Shown here: positions 10,401 to 19,744 of the stretch, piece after piece
Layout: each line of letters begins with the position of its first letter
How positions within the stretch are numbered: the stretch's first letter is position 1
Made by a program: the position numbers and the translations under genes
Notes under the pieces: model-generated
What the model was told of the DNA's origin: nothing
What the model saw: the letters and a program-made list of their open reading frames with translations, nothing else
The model's database searches: none
Assembly: GCA_043737055.1 (NCBI GenBank)
Contig: JAYTBG010000001.1
Coordinates: 806 to 64,805, forward strand
Source: Chitinophagaceae bacterium
Lineage (GTDB): Bacteria; Bacteroidota; Bacteroidia; Chitinophagales; Chitinophagaceae
DNA: 64,000 nucleotides
Direction of reading: 5' to 3'

Positions 10401-13400
10401 CCTGGTAAGCACTGTCAGATCTACATCCATGGAGTTTCTTGGGTTCCATAATGTATCATTGTATTGGTCTGAGTCCGGATTTAAATTGCCGGCTGCATGG
10501 GGTGTAAGAATCAAGGGAATTCTTATCTCATAATAGTTGCTCACAAAATCTGTTCCCAGCCTCACTACGGCAGTAAGGTCTCTGTCTTTTATAGAAGACG
10601 GATCAGATTTTTGTGCTCTTTCTGCATGAAGGTACATTTGAAATTTGCGGAATTGGCGCAAATCCCTGTTCGCAAATGTTTGAAAAACTGCCTTGCCATC
10701 ATTCTGCGAAAGCTCACAAAATTGTAACTGCAGGGCTTGCTCATTTTGCAATAAGTTTACGCCGTTGTTACTGAGCGTTTGCACTCTTTGAATTTCACGT
10801 GGTGTGCGGTATGGGAGTGGCACTCGTTTGTCATTCTCTTCAATATTTACAGCCCCCACATTTAGTGGCGATGCCGATGGTGGTGTGTAAAGTCCGGTAG
10901 AATCTAAACCATATTGAAACTTACGCCAAATATTACGGGTAAGTTGAAGAGATCCAAAGCGCATCGTAACGCTGTCTTCAAACCCGGTCATGAACATCCG
11001 GATGAAGCGGATAGATTTAAAGTCGGGAATATTTCCGATTTTTTTATTGTAGCTGCCAATCGGTATCCGAAATTGGTACCAGGTTTCATTCCGCTGCTGG
11101 CTGTTAGGCAAGCTTACTGTAACTACTTTTTTGTCTACAATATAATTTGTGCCCACCGACATTTCCGGTGCTGAGCTTGGTTTGATATCTACGATGTATT
11201 GAAAATATTCCTCCGTTTCATTAAGCGTATTGTCCCGGTTAAGGTCTTCAGCATCCGGGTAAAGTGTGGCAGCGCTGGAAAACTCAGCACCGTCAGAAAT
11301 GGGAGAGTTCCCCTGGGGGCTGTTATAATTTTTATACCTGGCCAAAATACCATCGTTGCCATCAAACGAACCATCCCGGTAATTTGTATAGTTATCTGCC
11401 GAAGGATCACTGAGTGCATCCTGGTACGCCTTGCTATTGGTACCAAAATTTGCCTGCAACTCGGCAAGGTAGGCCTGGCGTTTAGAAACTTCTGAAGTGT
11501 CATTGATACCATCAAGACCTACATCCTGAAAAAGCCTGTCTTCAGGAATATTGCTAAAAGCAGTTGTTACTTGTATAGGATTGCGGGGAACTTTGCCCCA
11601 ACTGGTAGTATCAACCGGAGCAGGTGCATTGGGGGTGGCCAACCCATTTTCATAAAAACGACGTCCGTCTTTTAATATATCCTCGGAAATATTTCCAAGG
11701 TTAACATACATCTTACCCCCAATAGAGTTACCAATACTAGGATTGGCTGCAGTGGGAATAAATGGATCCTGCACCCAAAATTCTACAAACTCAATGTTAC
11801 TTGTTTCAAAATCGGTCTGATCGATGGAGCGCATCAAACCACCCCAATTTTTTCGTGGCTGCCTGAAGCGGCCGGCAACATTCAGTTTGGCCAAATCCGA
11901 CTCATAATTGTAAGGACCTTTTTCTGCCGGGTAATAACTCAAATCGAAAGTCACCAATTGGCTTTCGCCAAAACCTGTTGTGCGCTGCGGAAAAATTTCC
12001 TTCTGATAAACCTGGCGCACCCGTGGGTCGCTTAGTAATTCCGCATTGTCTGCAAGAGGATTGTTAGCCCCTTTATACTGTTGCAAGGTTTGTTCTATCT
12101 GGTACCACGCAATTTTCGATCGCTGTTTACCGTAATTGATGTTGTCATTCAGCGAAGCCTCGGGAAAAAGTAGCTGACCAAATTGATCTGTTGCACCAAA
12201 CGGAGTAGAGGCCAATGCCCAGCTTATGGGAGGAAAGCGAAGGTCTATGCCAGACTTGCTGCCTTCAAAATCATCTATATTAACAATACCAGCGTCGCCT
12301 TTTCCAATCTGCGGTGCATGTCCCGGGTTGAGCATGGCGCCCTCGGCGTATACATTCATGCTGGAGGATGCGGCTGCATTGTAAAACGGAAGTTTATCAA
12401 GCAATTTGGAAAGTCGTGGCATGTCTTTACGATAGTTCACATCCAGGCCATACATAGCATTCCTAATGGGGTCTTCTCCGTAAGTAACTTTTGTAAAAAA
12501 AGGCCGTTCACTTAACCTCACAATGGTTCCCCCAAAAGACAATTGCTCTTTAGCTGTATTTTTCGCAAGATAGTCCATCCTTAACCCCAGGTAAGATCTT
12601 TGCTGCAAACCAAAAGACGCATTGTTTTCAAAATTTACCTGCACCGGCAGGCCAGCATTTAAAATCGCCTGATTGGTAACCTTGATGGTGCCCAAATCGT
12701 AGTTGATATCATAATCTACCCCTTCTTGCAGGCTGCGTCCACCAGCAGATACGGTAACAGAACCTACCGGTATGTTGTAGCCAATGCTGATATCGGAGGA
12801 CCCCGAAGATTTGGCTCTTCCTTGTAAAAGAAATCTGTTTAAATTAGGGAACTGTTGTGCCACAGCTTTAATAGAATCGTACAGTGCAAAAAACAACGTG
12901 TCTTTTGCGTTGGCAGGAACAGTGGTGTAAAGCTGGGTTGCAAGATCCCTACCAAACGGTTCTAACACCGGAAAAATAACACGGCTATATTGAGAGACAA
13001 CTGTAAAGTTTTCTACGTAATCAAATACACCATCAGGCTGCGGGTCGTTCTGGCTATTTAGTCTATCCAGGTTTATTAAGGAGATTATGGGAGTTCCCTG
13101 GTTTCTTTCACCAAAGGGAACGTACCTCTTAGCTCCTAACCCAGGTTCTTCATACAACACATCCAATTTAAAATCGGACGGAGTGAGCACACCATAGCCA
13201 ATGCTGTACACATTCTTCATCATCAAGTCCCAGATGGGTAGTGTAGGCCTTTGAGAAGTAGCTTTCAACAATTTTAAAAACAACACTTTTTGAGTGGCTG
13301 ATGAACTGTCTGGCGGCACATCCTGAGAAAATTCTCCCACCTGGTAAATACGCCCGTTGAAAGAATATTGATAGGCAACACCAAGCACTTCGTCTGTTTG

Positions 13401-14789
13401 AAGAGGTTGACTCAGCGACAATGTTCCTACCCCAGCCTGGCGGTTGAAAGTATATTGAGTAGAATCCAGTTTACGGGCAAAGGTTTTTTCAAAATCCTGC
13501 ACAGGACTTAGGCCAAGGCTGGTAAGATTAATGAAGGCCCTTGCCGGGTTACGGGGATCTGGTTGACTTAATACTTTTGAGTAAAGGTCATTGGCAGCAT
13601 TATAGGGCACTTCGGCACTTGTTAGAACATTGATAGTAGGTGGTTGTTGAAATGGTTTGTTTTCGCCGAGATCCATCAAGCCAACAACATCCCTTGTTTC
13701 TGTGGTGGTTCCATTTCTGTTGGTAACCCACACTTCCATTCTAAGAATTTGTACAGGGCTGGTTACTGCGGGCAACCTGCTCATCACAGAATTATACTTG
13801 TTTCTAAAATATTGTCCTACCAGGAAGTGGCGATTTTCCTCGTACTCATCTGCTTTTATTACGAAAGGTTGTGAGGCTGCGCCGCCCTGGAGATCTACAC
13901 TTTGCCGCTGAGATTTTTGATTGGCGAGCACCGTAGTAATAAATAATTTACCAAACTGCAATTGTGTCTTCAATCCAAAAAGCTGTTGGGCACCAGGTAT
14001 TAATGTTCCCCGGCTGGGAAAGTTTACGTTTCCTGCTTCAAAGCGTTTCAGAATTTCATCGTCTTTACCAGTGTAGTCTAATTTTAATTGGTTCTCCAGG
14101 TCAAAATTTGCAAGGGTGTTGTAATTTATCGGGAATTTCATTTTGTCGCCAATGCTGGCGTTTACATTCACCTGGGCGTTCATGTTAAAATCGAGGCCAC
14201 CATTTTTCCTCGCTCTTTCTGGCAAAGTCGGATTATCTATTCGCTGGCCCATGTAGCCTGCAGTGATGTCTACATTCCCCTGGGGGCTGATCTCAATTTT
14301 GCCATTTCCAAAAAGCCTGTTAAAGAGCCCTTCAGACAATGAAAGTTTTGGCTTGGAGAAACGATTACGGTTTAGAAGGCTGGTTGTATTCGCTCTCTTT
14401 TTGAAATATTCCACTTCTGCCTGGCGGTTACGCATCTGCCAATACTCATCTAATGAATAAATGGTGGGGATACGGTAAAATCTGTTTCCTATTTTTTCGT
14501 AAACAATGTACCTGCGGCTGATGGCATCATACACCACCGAGTCCTTAATGTTAGATGGATCTTTCAGGTTGTAGGTATTGCTGGAGCTGCCAGAAACGAA
14601 ATCGCCCCTCCTGTCATTGATAGGAAAACGCAAACTGTCTCCACTCCTTACGGGAGTAATGGTATCTTGAAAGTAAAAGGAATTGTGAGTTCCTGAGGCA
14701 AATGAAGTACCCGAAGTATAAAACACAAGGAGCAAAGGCAATAAACCCAGGATCACCAGCGTGTAGATAGATTTTCTAATAAGCAACAT
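7470..14789 (-). CDS. sprA: T9SS outer-membrane translocon SprA (Sov)
   Basis: 2439 aa, the size expected for SprA. It has an N-terminal signal and the N-terminal blocks typical of SprA (FPINDRRGDFVSG, YNLKDPSNIKD, EKIGNRFYRIPT..DEYWQMR). The rest is beta-rich. It sits next to ruvA, as in many Bacteroidota. Confidence 0.93.
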   Translation of the reverse strand: MLLIRKSIYTLVILGLLPLLLVFYTSGTSFASGTHNSFYFQDTITPVRSGDSLRFPINDRRGDFVSGSSSNTYNLKDPSNIKDSVVYDAISRRYIVYEKIGNRFYRIPTIYSLDEYWQMRNRQAEVEYFKKRANTTSLLNRNRFSKPKLSLSEGLFNRLFGNGKIEISPQGNVDITAGYMGQRIDNPTLPERARKNGGLDFNMNAQVNVNASIGDKMKFPINYNTLANFDLENQLKLDYTGKDDEILKRFEAGNVNFPSRGTLIPGAQQLFGLKTQLQFGKLFITTVLANQKSQRQSVDLQGGAASQPFVIKADEYEENRHFLVGQYFRNKYNSVMSRLPAVTSPVQILRMEVWVTNRNGTTTETRDVVGLMDLGENKPFQQPPTINVLTSAEVPYNAANDLYSKVLSQPDPRNPARAFINLTSLGLSPVQDFEKTFARKLDSTQYTFNRQAGVGTLSLSQPLQTDEVLGVAYQYSFNGRIYQVGEFSQDVPPDSSSATQKVLFLKLLKATSQRPTLPIWDLMMKNVYSIGYGVLTPSDFKLDVLYEEPGLGAKRYVPFGERNQGTPIISLINLDRLNSQNDPQPDGVFDYVENFTVVSQYSRVIFPVLEPFGRDLATQLYTTVPANAKDTLFFALYDSIKAVAQQFPNLNRFLLQGRAKSSGSSDISIGYNIPVGSVTVSAGGRSLQEGVDYDINYDLGTIKVTNQAILNAGLPVQVNFENNASFGLQQRSYLGLRMDYLAKNTAKEQLSFGGTIVRLSERPFFTKVTYGEDPIRNAMYGLDVNYRKDMPRLSKLLDKLPFYNAAASSSMNVYAEGAMLNPGHAPQIGKGDAGIVNIDDFEGSKSGIDLRFPPISWALASTPFGATDQFGQLLFPEASLNDNINYGKQRSKIAWYQIEQTLQQYKGANNPLADNAELLSDPRVRQVYQKEIFPQRTTGFGESQLVTFDLSYYPAEKGPYNYESDLAKLNVAGRFRQPRKNWGGLMRSIDQTDFETSNIEFVEFWVQDPFIPTAANPSIGNSIGGKMYVNLGNISEDILKDGRRFYENGLATPNAPAPVDTTSWGKVPRNPIQVTTAFSNIPEDRLFQDVGLDGINDTSEVSKRQAYLAELQANFGTNSKAYQDALSDPSADNYTNYRDGSFDGNDGILARYKNYNSPQGNSPISDGAEFSSAATLYPDAEDLNRDNTLNETEEYFQYIVDIKPSSAPEMSVGTNYIVDKKVVTVSLPNSQQRNETWYQFRIPIGSYNKKIGNIPDFKSIRFIRMFMTGFEDSVTMRFGSLQLTRNIWRKFQYGLDSTGLYTPPSASPLNVGAVNIEENDKRVPLPYRTPREIQRVQTLSNNGVNLLQNEQALQLQFCELSQNDGKAVFQTFANRDLRQFRKFQMYLHAERAQKSDPSSIKDRDLTAVVRLGTDFVSNYYEIRIPLILTPHAAGNLNPDSDQYNDTLWNPRNSMDVDLTVLTRLKQKRNLSSTPLNKVFRQLQDNGHEYSVMGSPNLGEIKGVLIGVENTNASEPICGEMWANELRLSSLDEEGGYAALGRVDLLLSDLGSVSLSANMHTQGFGTLEQRVNDRYRDNFVQFDVAANLELGKLLPKNIGMSIPVFASYSQTNSTPEYDPFDQDIKLNDKLKNRDAGARDSIRKAAVDFTSITTVNFTNVKKNKTNGKKPKIYDIENVDVSYSYIKARSHTPLIEYNDVTRHRGAIGYNFAPQPRYFEPFKKMFKKTKHHWFDLIKDFNINYVPAQLSFRADISRQFGVVRPRSIGAPKYAIPETYDKYFVFQRDYIMRWNFTRALSLDYVATNNSRIDEPIGRIDTKAKKDSVMKNLLRGGRNTLFYQTANFSYTLPTAKFPLLDWTTMNIKYQATYRWIGASRLAVELGNTLENGQQKEANVQLDFTKLYMKSKWLKQLDVPSISTDKEKWKNRYTKVSDSVTLKSGKRVLRTRKILDKTAVPYLGTAARVFGKLLTSIKNVNVSFSEDANTRLPGYTDSTQFLGQNFKSMAPGFDFILGYQPDTNWLNRKADKGLVTKDTNFNYLFQQTFNQRLTLSGQIEPVRDLIITVNLTKSFNKNYNETFRYIDTTGGNNRTFQHLNPYVGGSFDVSYISFKTLFGKFDPNRVSATFKEFEGNRVILSRRLGQKNPYTNNQVGADGYYLGYSKYAVDVLIPSFIAAYTGQDPENVSLINQQNQNIRSNPFKDIMPMPNWKLDYNGLNRVKGFDKIFTNFTLSHGYNGTLSMNGFTSALLYQDVSRFGYPSFFDPESKNFIPYFLVPNVTINEQFSPLVGFDMMFVNQMQAKFEYTKTRMLSLSLFDYQLSEVRSTEFVIGAGYRKRGLKLLAGLKLPKFLDKEGKGTLDNEINFRLDLRIRDNVTANSRLDQDNNFATGGSKEVTITPTIDYFLNNRVNLKLYFDQRRVTPYISSSAPTVNTRAGVQVRISLAQ

Positions 14790-14818
14790 CCCGTAAAATG
14801 ATTAACGTAGAATTTCTC

Positions 14819-15403
14819 TCAAATGGCTTTTAATGCTTTTTTTATCAAATCTTCCAACTGTGATATATTGGGCTCGGCACGGATAATTTTTTGAACAGAC
14901 AGCTCGGCCTGTTGACGGGATATACCTAAAGCAGCAAGAGCAGTAGAGGCATCTTGTTCTAAACTATTGATAGCGGATGGCATTAAATCTCCACCTGCAG
15001 ATTGCTTGCCGACTTTATCTTTTAGTTCCAACACCAGTCTTTCTGCTGTCTTTTTCCCAATCCCCTTCACACTTTCTATCAGTTTTAAATTTGCTGACAG
15101 AATCGCCATCCTCACTTCATCAGATTTCAAGGAGGACAACATCATACGGGCAGTAGCTGCACCAACACCAGAAACACTGATTAACAACACAAACATTTCC
15201 TTTTCTTGCTTCTCACTAAAACCGTATAACACATGCCCATCTTCCTTTACCTGCAAGTAGGTATATAATTTCCCGGTTTCATGAGGCAGAATATCAGAAT
15301 ATGTGTTGAGGCTGATATTGACTTCGAACCCAATTCCATTAACATCTACATAAACCTGGGCGGGTGTTTTATAAGTAAATTTTCCTTGCAGGTATGCATA
15401 CAT
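14819..15403 (-). CDS. ruvA: Holliday junction branch migration complex subunit RuvA
   Basis: 194 aa. MYAYLQGKF..VYVDVNGIGFEV start and the helix-hairpin-helix block VSGVGAATA..VKGIGKKTAERL. Confidence 0.93.
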   Translation of the reverse strand: MYAYLQGKFTYKTPAQVYVDVNGIGFEVNISLNTYSDILPHETGKLYTYLQVKEDGHVLYGFSEKQEKEMFVLLISVSGVGAATARMMLSSLKSDEVRMAILSANLKLIESVKGIGKKTAERLVLELKDKVGKQSAGGDLMPSAINSLEQDASTALAALGISRQQAELSVQKIIRAEPNISQLEDLIKKALKAI

Positions 15404-15536
15404 AGTAAATAAATAAACAAGTGGCGAAAATAGGAATATTTTATCAGCCCCAGCGGTTAAAAAATAGCAATAACTATTAAACCTTATTTTTACAACTTTA
15501 GTATAATTACAAATTAAAAAATATAAATATTAGTTC

Positions 15537-16535
15537 ATGCAAAAAATTACTGCAGCTATCACAGGGGTTGGTGGATATGTACCGGAGTTCAGACTTACAA
15601 ACGCTATTTTGGAAACAATGGTAGACACTAACGATGAATGGATACGCAGCAGAACAGGTGTAGAAGAACGAAGAATTTTAAAGGGGGAAGGTTTGGGTAG
15701 CAGTGATATGGGCGCAGAAGCGGTAAAAGAGTTATTTAAAAAAAGACATATCGACCCTAGTGAAATAGATGCTGTTATCTGTGCTACGGTTACCCCAGAT
15801 ATGGTTTTTCCTGCTACTGCCAATCTTATTTGCGAAAAAACCGGTATGACTAATGCATTCAGTTACGATTTAGGAGCTGCGTGTTCGGGCTTTTTATTTG
15901 CCCTTACTACTGGCGCCAGTTATATTGAAAGTGGTCGTTACAAAAAAGTGGTGGTGGTGGGTGTTGATAAAATGAGTGCCATTATCGATTATACAGATCG
16001 GGCAACATGCATCATTTTTGGCGATGGCGGCGGAGCCGTATTGCTCGAACCCAGCGAAGACGGCCTGGGGGTGCTGGATAGCATTATGAAAAGCGATGGA
16101 AGTGGTGCTAAGCATTTACATATGAAAGCTGGAGGATCTGTGAAGCCTGCTACGGCAGAAACGGTAGCAGCGAGAGAACATTTTGTTTACCAGGAGGGTC
16201 AGGCAGTCTTTAAATTTGCAGTAAGAGGAATGGCCGATGTGAGTTACGAACTGATGCAGAGAAACAATTTAACAGGCGATGATATTGCATGGCTGGTGCC
16301 GCATCAAGCTAACCTTCGCATCATTGATGCCACCGCCAATCGTATGAGTTTGCCAAAAGAAAAAGTGATGGTCAATATCCAAAAATATGGCAATACTACA
16401 GCGGGCACATTACCGTTATGCTTGTGGGAGTGGGAAAAGCAACTTAAAAAGGGTGATAATGTAATACTAGCATCGTTTGGGGGTGGCTTTACCTGGGGTG
16501 CCACCTGGCTTAAGTGGGCGTATGACACGGTGTAG
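15537..16535 (+). CDS. fabH: Beta-ketoacyl-ACP synthase III
   Basis: [14 protein letters not shown], active-site GAACSGF, HQANLRI and GNTTAGTLP motifs. 332 aa. Confidence 0.93.
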   Translation: MQKITAAITGVGGYVPEFRLTNAILETMVDTNDEWIRSRTGVEERRILKGEGLGSSDMGAEAVKELFKKRHIDPSEIDAVICATVTPDMVFPATANLICEKTGMTNAFSYDLGAACSGFLFALTTGASYIESGRYKKVVVVGVDKMSAIIDYTDRATCIIFGDGGGAVLLEPSEDGLGVLDSIMKSDGSGAKHLHMKAGGSVKPATAETVAAREHFVYQEGQAVFKFAVRGMADVSYELMQRNNLTGDDIAWLVPHQANLRIIDATANRMSLPKEKVMVNIQKYGNTTAGTLPLCLWEWEKQLKKGDNVILASFGGGFTWGATWLKWAYDTV

Positions 16536-16612
16536 GAACAATATTAACCAATAGGTGCGAGCAATGTTGTTTTATAATTACATGGTCCATTGAAAACAAT
16601 GAATGATCCATT

Positions 16613-18535
16613 ATGCAAAAACCAATTATAGTATTTTTTACCGCATTGTTTTTTGTTTTGCCGGGCAAGTCACAGCTCACCAGATATATCATTGAATTAA
16701 CAAACAAAGCAGAAAATACCTACACCCTCTCTGCGCCTTGGGAGTTCCTTAGTGCCCGGGCTTTGGAGAGAAGGACAAGATTCAATATCGCCCTCGACAG
16801 CACAGACCTACCTGTTACGCAGAGATACTTAGACAGCATTCGGCTGGCAGGAAATGTCAGCATCCTCAATTCCTCGAAGTGGCTGAACCAGGTGGCGATT
16901 CAAACTACCGATGACGCTGCTCTTGCAAAGATCAACAGCTTTCCCTTTGTAAAAAATTTCAGAGCAATTGCACCACGTACTGCTTCTAGCACGTCTCCAC
17001 TAAATAAATTCGAAACTGGATCAACTCCTGCAGGTTCCCTATCTTCCGAGAGCTTGCAGATTGACTTAACTAATTTATACAACTACGGGCAGTCGTATGG
17101 ACAGGTGCATTTGCACCAAGGCGAATTTTTACATAATCATGGGTTTAGTGGTCAGGGAATGCAACTAGCGATGCTAGATGCGGGGTTTCCTAACTACCCG
17201 ACAGTAGCGACTTTTGATAGTGCCCGCATCAATAATCAATTCTTGGGTACATGGGACTTTGTTACCAATAACAGCAATGTGAATGGGGCTAATTCTCACG
17301 GAACTCTTTGTTTGAGCACGATTGCAGCCAATGTGCCCGGTTCGTTTGTAGGTACTGCCCCTAAAACCTCCTTTTACCTATTTAGAACAGAAGACGCAGC
17401 CACCGAGTACCCAATAGAGGAACAGAATTTTGCGGCCGGTTTAGAGAAAGCAGACAGTTTGGGAGTTGAACTGGCAAGCGTTTCGCTTGGCTACTACACA
17501 TTTGATAACCCCGCTTTTAATTATACCTACGAGGATATGAATGGGGATAGAACCATTAGCGCCAGGGCAGCAGATTGGGCTGCCAGGAAAGGGATGCTGG
17601 TGGTTGTTGCCAACGGAAACGAAGGGTCAACTCCCTGGCATTATTTGATCACACCAGCAGATGCAGATAGTGTACTTTCTGTGGGCGCAGTAAATACAGC
17701 GGGTGCTGTAGCCCCATTTAGCAGCTATGGACCGAGCAGTGACGGACGGGTAAAGCCTGGGGTAGCGGCAGTAGGTTGGGGCTCATTGGCCGACCCTTCC
17801 TCTGGCATCTATGGTTTTTACAATGGCACTTCCCTGGCTTGTCCCAATATCGCGGGGCTTGCCACATGCTTGTGGCAGGCATTTCCTGAAGAAAACAACA
17901 TGGGAATTATCAGCGCTTTGCAGCAATCGGCCACAAGGGCAAATACTCCGGATGATAGGATGGGGTATGGAATACCAGATATGAAAAAAGCTTTTGTAAT
18001 TCTTTTAAAAAGGTTTTACACGCAAAAAATTCAGCAGGCGGGTTGCAATGCAACCATAAATTTTACTGCCAAAAGTTCTTCAAACATGAATTTTGAAGTT
18101 CAAAGGAAGTTACCTACCGATGCAGATTACGTTACGGTGCAGATACAATTAGGATCAGGCAATTTTGCCAGCGGTACTTTTAGTTATACCGACGACCTGG
18201 CTTCTTTTTCTTCTCCCATTAGCATCAGCTATCGAATCAAAATGAATATTGATACTGATACTAGTTTTTTCTTCGACCCCGTAACCATCAATCATGCAAA
18301 TAATTGCATTACTTACATTTTCATTGGCAATGGGCAATGGACTGATCCCAGCAATTGGGATGCTGGGTTAATTCCTCCCGTTGTATTGCCTGGCGGGAGT
18401 ACTATTGTAATTAATCCAGTAGCTAATGGTGAGTGCATCTTGAACACCCACCAGCAAGTGCTTGCTGGTGGCTATTTTACGGTACTGCCGGGAAAGCGGC
18501 TCATCATTCCTGGCAACCTCAGCATTCAGCAATGA
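16613..18535 (+). CDS. S8-family (subtilisin-like) serine peptidase, secreted
   Basis: Signal peptide present. Asp/His/Ser triad contexts are AMLDAGF, HGTLCLS and NGTSLACP. The C-terminal ~180 aa are unassigned. Confidence 0.85.
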   Translation: MQKPIIVFFTALFFVLPGKSQLTRYIIELTNKAENTYTLSAPWEFLSARALERRTRFNIALDSTDLPVTQRYLDSIRLAGNVSILNSSKWLNQVAIQTTDDAALAKINSFPFVKNFRAIAPRTASSTSPLNKFETGSTPAGSLSSESLQIDLTNLYNYGQSYGQVHLHQGEFLHNHGFSGQGMQLAMLDAGFPNYPTVATFDSARINNQFLGTWDFVTNNSNVNGANSHGTLCLSTIAANVPGSFVGTAPKTSFYLFRTEDAATEYPIEEQNFAAGLEKADSLGVELASVSLGYYTFDNPAFNYTYEDMNGDRTISARAADWAARKGMLVVVANGNEGSTPWHYLITPADADSVLSVGAVNTAGAVAPFSSYGPSSDGRVKPGVAAVGWGSLADPSSGIYGFYNGTSLACPNIAGLATCLWQAFPEENNMGIISALQQSATRANTPDDRMGYGIPDMKKAFVILLKRFYTQKIQQAGCNATINFTAKSSSNMNFEVQRKLPTDADYVTVQIQLGSGNFASGTFSYTDDLASFSSPISISYRIKMNIDTDTSFFFDPVTINHANNCITYIFIGNGQWTDPSNWDAGLIPPVVLPGGSTIVINPVANGECILNTHQQVLAGGYFTVLPGKRLIIPGNLSIQQ

Positions 18536-19726
18536 TCATTTTTGTAAGACCGCAACAAACATGGTATCCGCTTGCATGTGATATCCCATGAGATATTGTT
18601 GGTGGAGTAATTTTAGAGATTGATTTTGTTGGAGGCTAGCAACAACATCTTCGTTTTCTTTTTTAAAAACGGAGCAGGTAATGTAAAACAAAAGACCTCT
18701 TTTGTTTAAATATTTGGCAGCGTTGTTGGCGATAGCCAATTGTTTTTCTGCATATTTCTTTATCGTTTCTGATTTGAAAAAAGCGAGCTGTTCTGGCGTG
18801 CGGCTCCACGTCCCGCTGCCTGTGCATGGAGCATCACACACTACAAGATCGAAGGGGCCAACCGAGCCGGCGGGTAATGATTCTTGAAGGTTTGCAATAA
18901 ATTCTTTATAGATGGGCACTTTCGCCTGAGCCAATCTCTCCTTTAGATTATGTAGAATAGATTTGCGTATATCTGACACCGTTAGTTGTATTTTGCCGTT
19001 CAATTTATCGTGCAATAAAATTGACTTCCCACCGCTCGCAGCACAACAATCCCAAACTACTACTTGTTTATTATCGCCCGGGAGCATGGGCTCATTTTGT
19101 AAAAAGTCAAAAACTTGTTGCGAGTTATAATCCTGAACAACAACGTCTTCATTTAACCGAACTATTTTTTGAAGTGAACTAGCGTTCGGTAGAGCCAGGC
19201 ATTTGGGTGTTAGCTGCTCGAATGGTAGAGCTGCCTGGGTTATTTTTTCAATTACGACGGGCATTTTTCCGGGCCTGGCCCTTAAGTATAGCAAGGGTTG
19301 AACTAGCATTGAAGCGCTGAAGTCGTAGGTATTAATCGGCTCTCCTAAATCCTCTAAGAAGGGGAACAGAGTCTCAATTGGAACCCCGAGAAGCTCTAGT
19401 TTTTTGGCGGATGACCAATTAATTTTTTCATTGAGCTCTGGAGCAAGCTGGGCCAGGAAATTACCCGGATTCTTTTCGCAAAGAAAAAAACTTTTAATGA
19501 TAGCTTCTTCAGTTTTTTCGTGCTGCCAAAGGTGAAAAGTTCGAAAGTAATTGTAACACAAATTTGAAATTGTCTTACGATCCCTTGAACCAAATTTTTT
19601 ATTGGCTGCAAGGTATCTTTTAATACAAAAATTAAATGGCTCTTCACCCTTGTAAGATGCTACAGCGCTGGTGGCTGAAGAAAGATAAGAGAAGGCGTGT
19701 CCCATAATAAAAAAGGCCGGCAACAC
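18536..19726 (-). CDS. RsmB/NOP-family class I SAM-dependent RNA m5C methyltransferase
   Basis: CAASGGKS SAM motif and VCDAPCTGSGTWSRTPE catalytic-Cys motif. The start may be the internal Met at 19705. Confidence 0.75.
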   Translation of the reverse strand: MLPAFFIMGHAFSYLSSATSAVASYKGEEPFNFCIKRYLAANKKFGSRDRKTISNLCYNYFRTFHLWQHEKTEEAIIKSFFLCEKNPGNFLAQLAPELNEKINWSSAKKLELLGVPIETLFPFLEDLGEPINTYDFSASMLVQPLLYLRARPGKMPVVIEKITQAALPFEQLTPKCLALPNASSLQKIVRLNEDVVVQDYNSQQVFDFLQNEPMLPGDNKQVVVWDCCAASGGKSILLHDKLNGKIQLTVSDIRKSILHNLKERLAQAKVPIYKEFIANLQESLPAGSVGPFDLVVCDAPCTGSGTWSRTPEQLAFFKSETIKKYAEKQLAIANNAAKYLNKRGLLFYITCSVFKKENEDVVASLQQNQSLKLLHQQYLMGYHMQADTMFVAVLQK

Positions 19727-19744
19727 CGGCCAGTAGAAAAGTAC

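Noticed and set aside
8106-14460. Many 60-110-aa plus-strand ORFs inside sprA. Similar antisense ORFs occur inside the adhesin genes, for example 1259..1873 (204 aa).
   Set aside because: These are shadow ORFs antisense to long, well-supported genes. None has motifs.
18533-18538. Convergent S8 peptidase and methyltransferase genes have directly abutting stop codons (TGA then TCA) with no terminator space. A similar 4-nt stop overlap occurs at 25814-25817.
   Set aside because: Tight convergent packing is common in compact bacterial genomes. Nothing else is unusual at these junctions.
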